Below, piece after piece: positions 6,911 to 12,204 of a stretch of DNA of 12,204 nucleotides. The notes beneath the pieces are model-generated. The model was not told the origin of the DNA, did no database searches, and worked only from the letters and a program-made list of their open reading frames with translations. This stretch comes from Fibrobacteria bacterium (GTDB lineage: Bacteria; Fibrobacterota; Fibrobacteria; UBA11236). The position numbers and the translations under genes were made by a program. The stretch lies in contig JAYTHY010000069.1 in the NCBI GenBank assembly GCA_043732185.1, positions 1-12,204 on the forward strand, given 5' to 3'. The first letter of the stretch is position 1; each line of letters opens with the position of its first letter.

Positions 6911-8155
6911 TTGGGCATAAAAAAACTTTTCCCCATTGCAGGCATTCTGTTTTTTGCAGCATTAAATTTGCCTTGGGCTCGCTCTCAAACAAATGTGTGT
7001 CCTGAAGCGGATATTAACGCCAACTCTGCAAACTTAGTGGTACAAACTCCGGCGCTAAAATATACCGTCACCAACTTCGATCCAAGTTGGTTCGACACCG
7101 ACCATCCTGAAAACTCACCTACCTTGTTTACCCTCATGATTTCTCCAACCTTGGCAAAATATGCTGACGTTCTGAGGTTACGAGTACAAATCCTCGCGGA
7201 CACTTCACTAGGCCGTGGGGGAGGGCAAACCGGCATTCCCGCTTTCGATAAAGTCACCACTGTTCTCGATGGGACAAAAATCGGCACCGTATTGCGCTCG
7301 CAGGATGTTTTCGCTCTCAATTACCTCCCTGGAGGACTTTCCTTTCAGAAAAGCGAACTCTTTGACATTATTCTGAATAATCGAGTGGCTCCAGAGATGA
7401 ATCTGTTATTCAAATTCAATTTGACTTGCGAAGATGATGCTGTTTTAGCTGCGACGACGGCTACTGTTAAGCTTGGAGACGACGGTCGCCTGCGCTATGT
7501 CAAAATGATTCAGGCTCTTTATCCCGGTACGCAAATAACCAACCCAGTTCCTGTGCCTTTGTATACCATGACTCCAATATTCAAGGTCGCTTCTGAATTG
7601 TTTAACGCCAAGATTTTCGATTACCCACCAGACCAATCTAAAATCGAAATTTTCCTCTATGAGTTGCCTTCCGGCGTGTCACCTTCGGATGCCATGGACG
7701 GTTTGGAATTTGCAAAATTCGGAATAAATAATGAGTCGCCCACGCCTTATCCACCCGGCTTGCCGCGATTAGAGCCTGGCGTGAAATATATTTGGAGGGC
7801 ACGTGCATTACTGCGCGGGCCAACGTCGGATTATCTTTATTCTAACCCACTTTATTTCAAAGTGGATGAGCGTTTGGAAGGGGGCTCCTCCGTACCACCT
7901 TCCGAGATTACGGACTTAAAATCGCTTGAACAGCAGATCAAGTATGGCGACGATTACTCCAAACGCGTTATGGCCGCGCTAAAAATCATACTTGGTGATA
8001 ATTTTGAAATCTTTGAAATGTCGCGTACAGGAAAGGTTCCTGCCAAAGGTCAAATACGCCTTAATGGACATCCCTATTCATTGGAAGAGTTAGAACGGTT
8101 GGCTCGGGAGTTTCATCAAAGTAGGCATAGCTTAACCCGTTTGAGGTTCCAATGA
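6911..8155 (+). CDS. Hypothetical secreted protein, beta-rich, with an Ig/FN3- or DUF928-like segment, 414 aa
   Basis: TTG start after a GGAGGA Shine-Dalgarno. Signal-peptide-like N-terminus GIKKLFPIAGILFFAALNLPWARS-Q. The segment YPPGLPRLEPGVKYIWRARA resembles the LxPGxxYxW motif of FN3/DUF928-type strands. Its stop overlaps the next start (ATGA). Confidence 0.75.
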   Translation: MGIKKLFPIAGILFFAALNLPWARSQTNVCPEADINANSANLVVQTPALKYTVTNFDPSWFDTDHPENSPTLFTLMISPTLAKYADVLRLRVQILADTSLGRGGGQTGIPAFDKVTTVLDGTKIGTVLRSQDVFALNYLPGGLSFQKSELFDIILNNRVAPEMNLLFKFNLTCEDDAVLAATTATVKLGDDGRLRYVKMIQALYPGTQITNPVPVPLYTMTPIFKVASELFNAKIFDYPPDQSKIEIFLYELPSGVSPSDAMDGLEFAKFGINNESPTPYPPGLPRLEPGVKYIWRARALLRGPTSDYLYSNPLYFKVDERLEGGSSVPPSEITDLKSLEQQIKYGDDYSKRVMAALKIILGDNFEIFEMSRTGKVPAKGQIRLNGHPYSLEELERLAREFHQSRHSLTRLRFQ

Positions 8156-8847
8156 TGCATGTTTTTTATCGCAGGAAAAGCCTGTTTTTGCTTTTGCATA
8201 CAGCTTTCTTAATGCTGGCTGCAGGGATGGCATGTGCAGATGTCAATGGCGTCGGTGTCGTGCGATCCACCAAGGGTTCTGTCCATGCAACCTTGGGCGG
8301 TGTCGAAACAGATTTAAAAGGTTCAGAACTTTTGGGTACGGGCGTTCAAATTGTTGCTGGCGCGGATGGAAAAGCAGTTTTGCGCTTGTTGCCTGACCAG
8401 GCTTTTATGGATATACATCCAAAAACAAATTTCGTTATGAAGCGGGTCAAGGCTAAGTCCAAAAGAATTCGACGCATAAAACTCGACCTTGGCGAAGTGG
8501 TTTTTGGCTTGAAGAAAAAAAGTGAACCCGTTCAGTGCGAAAGTATGCACACCCTGGCAATCGCACAGGCAGGGCGATTTGCGTGCAAAACGGATGAAAA
8601 GGGTGTAGCGACAATTTTGGTCCAAGACGGTGAGGTGTCCGTCTACAACCGGCCGAAGGATTTAACCACCCTTGTTCGATCCGGACAAAAGGCCGTGTCC
8701 GATATCAATGGAATCAAGGTGTCTGACGCATCCGACTCTGAATTGGAACAGGTTGGGTTTAGGCAAAATATTATTGAAGTAGACTTTGTGAATCCGGAAA
8801 CCGATGCGTATACGACTTTGGAAGTGGAATATGAAACCAACTTTTAA
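8152..8847 (+). CDS. FecR-domain-like secreted protein, 231 aa
   Basis: Signal peptide ending MACA-D. FecR-like beta pattern GVVRSTKGSV...LLGTGVQIVAGADGKAVLRL...IKLDLGEV...ATILVQDGEVSV...TLVRSGQKAV. ATGA overlap with the upstream gene at 8152-8155. Confidence 0.75.
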   Translation: MMHVFYRRKSLFLLLHTAFLMLAAGMACADVNGVGVVRSTKGSVHATLGGVETDLKGSELLGTGVQIVAGADGKAVLRLLPDQAFMDIHPKTNFVMKRVKAKSKRIRRIKLDLGEVVFGLKKKSEPVQCESMHTLAIAQAGRFACKTDEKGVATILVQDGEVSVYNRPKDLTTLVRSGQKAVSDINGIKVSDASDSELEQVGFRQNIIEVDFVNPETDAYTTLEVEYETNF

Positions 8848-11131
8848 ACTGTTTGTCGGAATCCGGCACATTCTTGTTTTTGGAATAATTTTTATTGGCA
8901 CTCATGTATGGGCACAAGTGGCAGCGACTCCAGATGCGGGTGGAGACACCTTGGATACGTCTACGCCTGCACCCGCTGGGATTGAAGCGGCACCTACACC
9001 TGCCACAGCACCGGCCAATCAAGTGGATAACGAATCCGACGATTTTTCAGTTGAACCAGAAATAGGTGGATTCCTTGTTCCTATTGAAGGCGACGTATTT
9101 TATGAACCCGACGTCCGGGTCTTGGTCTCTTTACCCGGTGCACCGCCAGCAAGTATGGTGCTTTTGTTGGATGGCCTTCCAGTGTCGAGTCCGCTGGCCA
9201 TAAAGGAAGAGTTGCTAACCGTGACCATTCAAATTCACAAATCCGGTGCCCATCAACTCAGTCTATTGTTGTTTAATGAGCACACGGAAATAACGGCTAA
9301 ATTGGAAACACGCTTTTTTGTCCGATTGCCAGAGCCACAACGGGCGATCCGCAATTCCAATTTCAAACAGTTCGGACGGGTAGTGGCAAAAGTCGACTGG
9401 AAAAATGGTGAAGCTAAAGGCAGAATCTTGTCCCAAAGTGAATTGAGTTTGAAACCCGACACCCGGGATACACTTGTGGCCGGTAAAGCGGAAGCACCGG
9501 TTTCACAGGAATTGGATGGAGCAACGGAAGCCGCATATAACATCAAATACAAACAGGTGCAGGCCTTTGGAAAAGTTCTGCTAAGGACCGACGAAAATCG
9601 CTTTCGACAGCCCGCTCACCGCATTACTACCAGCTTGAAATATGGCCCTTGGGCCGCATTGAAGGCCGGGGATATTTATCCCTTGTATAATTCACTAGTG
9701 TTAAATGGTACGCGCGTGCGTGGAGCCGAAGCCATGATGAATATTGTTACGAGTGAAAAAAAATGGGCATCATTGCGCGTGGTTCGTGGCGAAAGTCGTC
9801 GGGAAGTGCCCGCTTACCTAGTCAAATATGACACTGGAAATGGAACTCGTACGGACACTGTTACGGGAACCTATGGTCAGACTTTGTCGGCGGCGAGACT
9901 TGGGTTAGGTGGAGGACCCGCTTTTGAATTGGGCTTTTCACTATTGAAGGCGTCTGATCATGAAGGTAGCGCGGATAGAGAACAAGTAAATTCCATGCTC
10001 CATGGACTCCGGCCTGCAGATAATTTGGTGCCGGGCATGGATTTGCGTATTGGAATTTGGGATGGTCGCATCCAAATATTTGGAAACTCTGCTATGAGTC
10101 TTTACACGCGTGACCGCTCTTTAGGCGCCTTTCATCCCGACACATTTGCCGTGGCTATTAATCCGGAAAATTTTAAAAATGTCTTTATTTTCAATGCGAC
10201 CACGCGAGGCTGGCAATATTTACTGAGTAAGAAGGCCACGAATACCAGCCCTGATGTACTTGGTTTTATGGGGACCAACAGCGCTTACGAAGGTGGCGTT
10301 GTTTCCTCTTTGCCTTTTGCAGGAGTAGTGGCAGAAACTGAGCTGCGCTATTCCCACTTAGGTCTCGATTACCATAGTGAAGGCAATCCATTCCTGGGGG
10401 GCAATCCCGGTGATGGATTTACATTGCTGCAGAAATTAATAGTCCTCGAAAATAAACTTTCCTTGGGTCTGGAATTGGGAAACTATGCTCAGGACCTTGG
10501 AATCACTAAGACTATACAGCGAAATGTAAAAGCGGAGATTCGCTTTACACCTGGTCCATACCAACCAAGTTTATGGATCGGTGGCGGTTATTCCAATATC
10601 GTGCCCGATGGAAGCTTTGTGCACCAATTCCGATCCAGTTTCCTCAACTTCAATTCCGGAGGGTATCACCAATTTCAAGTTGCGGATGGAAAAATGTATA
10701 CGACACTCCTTTACGGCTTTACCCAAAGCAAATACTCACTTGAAACACAGGATCCCACTGACACGTCACAAAATTTCCCGACAACGCGCACCAATATCGT
10801 GAATGCCATGTTGCAGTATAAAATGCACAATACCGAATTTTTGCCGCGGCTTGCGTATACTTTTTCGCATAACGGGATTCAATTGCCAACCAATGCCATA
10901 AGTATGGGTTTTCTTCAGCCCTTCTTAGAAAACACGGTACGGCTGGATCTTTCCAGCACCATTGGTCAGTATCCTGAGTCCAACAAAAAGAATGACTTGA
11001 GCCTAGGCGCTGCGGCCGCAGTGGAATATGTTTTAGGCCCGCAACAAACGTTTCGCATTCGCGAGCGCTGGATTCAATACGGCAAACGCCGCAGCTTGCT
11101 CCTCGGTGCCAACTACGAAATGTTCTTCTGA
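8831..11131 (+). CDS. Putative outer-membrane beta-barrel protein with a Pro/Ala/Thr-rich linker and an N-terminal Ig-like domain, ~766 aa
   Basis: The in-frame ATG at 8831 gives a plausible signal peptide (MKPTFKLF...IFIGTHVWA-QV) and a 17-nt overlap with the FecR-like gene; the ORF-track start at 8804 is less likely. There are many amphipathic strands (e.g. LRYSHLGLDYHSEGNPFL, LSLGLELGNY) and a C-terminal beta-signal-like end, LLLGANYEMFF. Confidence 0.8.
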   Translation: MKPTFKLFVGIRHILVFGIIFIGTHVWAQVAATPDAGGDTLDTSTPAPAGIEAAPTPATAPANQVDNESDDFSVEPEIGGFLVPIEGDVFYEPDVRVLVSLPGAPPASMVLLLDGLPVSSPLAIKEELLTVTIQIHKSGAHQLSLLLFNEHTEITAKLETRFFVRLPEPQRAIRNSNFKQFGRVVAKVDWKNGEAKGRILSQSELSLKPDTRDTLVAGKAEAPVSQELDGATEAAYNIKYKQVQAFGKVLLRTDENRFRQPAHRITTSLKYGPWAALKAGDIYPLYNSLVLNGTRVRGAEAMMNIVTSEKKWASLRVVRGESRREVPAYLVKYDTGNGTRTDTVTGTYGQTLSAARLGLGGGPAFELGFSLLKASDHEGSADREQVNSMLHGLRPADNLVPGMDLRIGIWDGRIQIFGNSAMSLYTRDRSLGAFHPDTFAVAINPENFKNVFIFNATTRGWQYLLSKKATNTSPDVLGFMGTNSAYEGGVVSSLPFAGVVAETELRYSHLGLDYHSEGNPFLGGNPGDGFTLLQKLIVLENKLSLGLELGNYAQDLGITKTIQRNVKAEIRFTPGPYQPSLWIGGGYSNIVPDGSFVHQFRSSFLNFNSGGYHQFQVADGKMYTTLLYGFTQSKYSLETQDPTDTSQNFPTTRTNIVNAMLQYKMHNTEFLPRLAYTFSHNGIQLPTNAISMGFLQPFLENTVRLDLSSTIGQYPESNKKNDLSLGAAAAVEYVLGPQQTFRIRERWIQYGKRRSLLLGANYEMFF

Positions 11132-11135
11132 AAAC

Positions 11136-11188
11136 GACCAAGACCGTGTTATGCAGAGCACAGCGGCTTTGCGTAATGCCTATTGGTT
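11136..11188 (+). other. Long RNA hairpin in the convergent intergenic region (possible 3'-end stabiliser or terminator)
   Basis: GTGTTATGCAGAGC (11146-11159) pairs with GCTTTGCGTAATGC (11166-11179) as a 14-bp stem with 4 G-U pairs. An outer GACCAA/TTGGTT stem extends it. There is no U-tract. Confidence 0.55.
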
Positions 11189-11199
11189 CATAGCTTAGT

Positions 11200-12204
11200 T
11201 TAAGCCGGAAATCGGCTCAATCCCTGACGACGCCATGGCTGGAATGGGTCCAAGGGTACCGGGGTTCTGTCTCCATTTAATAAACTGACCATGCACTTGG
11301 CAGCCAGCGGTGCCATGCTGATGCCGCATTTATAATGCCCGGCGCAAATCGCCCAGCCCCTATCAGAATCTATCCAACCCATCCAGGGCAGTCTGTCTCG
11401 CGTGCGGGGCCGGAAGCCGGCCCAGCTTTCTTTGGGTTCTCGGTTTACTTCTGGTAGCAGTTCATTGAGATGCCGCGTAAAGTATTCCTGGCCAATGGCA
11501 TCAAACCCCGGACTCCAAGTTTTAGGTTCCGTGGTCGCGCCGACAATTAAACTGTCCCCGCGAGGGACCAAATAAATGTCCTCGTTAAAATGCACCATGC
11601 AGTTTTCCGCGTAGAATTTTTTAAGTCGGAACATCTGGCCTTTGACAGGAATCATCGGAGCCGCGATGCCTATCGATTTTAGAAATTCACCTGTCCAAGC
11701 CCCTGATGTCAGTAATATTTTTTTTGTTTTGACTTGGCCTTCCGGGAACTGCAAAGATGTTTTCCCGGCCTGATATTGCCATGCACCCGTGGGAGTGCTT
11801 GCCATGAACGTGACCCCGGATTTCCGACATGCCTTTTCTAATGCCGAAAGCAGATCTCTATTTTGGACATACGCTTCAGACGGAAAGTGTAAGGTCTTTA
11901 CTTGTTTCAAAGGGCAATGGGAATTGAGAAACGCCGGTAGTGTGTCAGAAATACTGTAGTCCCGGGCGTGCTCCCTTTCCAGCTGTTTGACCTTGGTTCG
12001 ATATTGCTCTTCGCCCACCGGAGTTTCCAAATTGTAAATCTGATAGTCTCCGTGCCGATGCAACGCCACAGTTTCTCCAGAGAGTCGGGAAATGTCGGAA
12101 AGCCAATCCGGATAGAGATGAATGGACCGGACATAAAATTCTCTGAAGGGAGAAAGAAAAACCTGCGCGTCGCGTGTGACTAGAATTCCTGCCGCCGCCC
12201 ACGA
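11200..12204 (-). CDS. thiO: Glycine oxidase ThiO-like FAD-dependent oxidoreductase (DAO family); N-terminus lies outside the window
   Basis: The frame is open from the right edge: SWAAAGILVTRDAQVFLSPFREFYVRSIHLYPDWL... continues into the ORF-track protein (335 codons including the stop). Motifs SWAAAGIL, TSGAWT, PVKGQ, YLVPRGDSLIVGATTE, WAGFRP and GHYKCGISMAP. The family is clear, but the exact ThiO function is less certain. Confidence 0.75.
   Translation of the reverse strand, partial: SWAAAGILVTRDAQVFLSPFREFYVRSIHLYPDWLSDISRLSGETVALHRHGDYQIYNLETPVGEEQYRTKVKQLEREHARDYSISDTLPAFLNSHCPLKQVKTLHFPSEAYVQNRDLLSALEKACRKSGVTFMASTPTGAWQYQAGKTSLQFPEGQVKTKKILLTSGAWTGEFLKSIGIAAPMIPVKGQMFRLKKFYAENCMVHFNEDIYLVPRGDSLIVGATTEPKTWSPGFDAIGQEYFTRHLNELLPEVNREPKESWAGFRPRTRDRLPWMGWIDSDRGWAICAGHYKCGISMAPLAAKCMVSLLNGDRTPVPLDPFQPWRRQGLSRFPA

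Noticed and set aside
8804..8830. ORF-track start of the barrel gene at 8804
   Set aside because: ATG 8831 gives a more typical signal peptide and a shorter overlap with the upstream gene.
11907..12202. Apparent frameshift or split at the ThiO-like N-terminus (75- and 85-aa ORFs, start at 12069)
   Set aside because: The main frame is open to the window edge and contains the SWAAAGIL motif. The gene is truncated by the window, not a pseudogene.

Overview
Bacterial chromosomal window with three blocks. (1) A minus-strand nitrogen-assimilation locus: dcd, then a candidate sigma-54 promoter, glnA (GSI-beta with an adenylylatable Tyr), an intrinsic terminator, and a large glnE. The glnE frame is more than 1080 aa, runs off the left edge and is absent from the supplied ORF track. 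This GlnE is unusual: it has two N-terminal GlnD-like ACT domains, and its two nucleotidyltransferase motifs appear in the reverse order to E. coli GlnE. (2) A divergent plus-strand cluster of four predicted exported proteins of unknown function: a TPR protein, a secreted beta-rich protein, a standalone FecR-like protein and an outer-membrane beta-barrel. The last three are linked by overlapping stop/start codons. (3) A convergent ThiO/DAO-family FAD oxidase truncated at the right edge. I saw no RNA genes, CRISPR arrays or mobile elements. All family calls come from motif recognition by eye; no searches were run.
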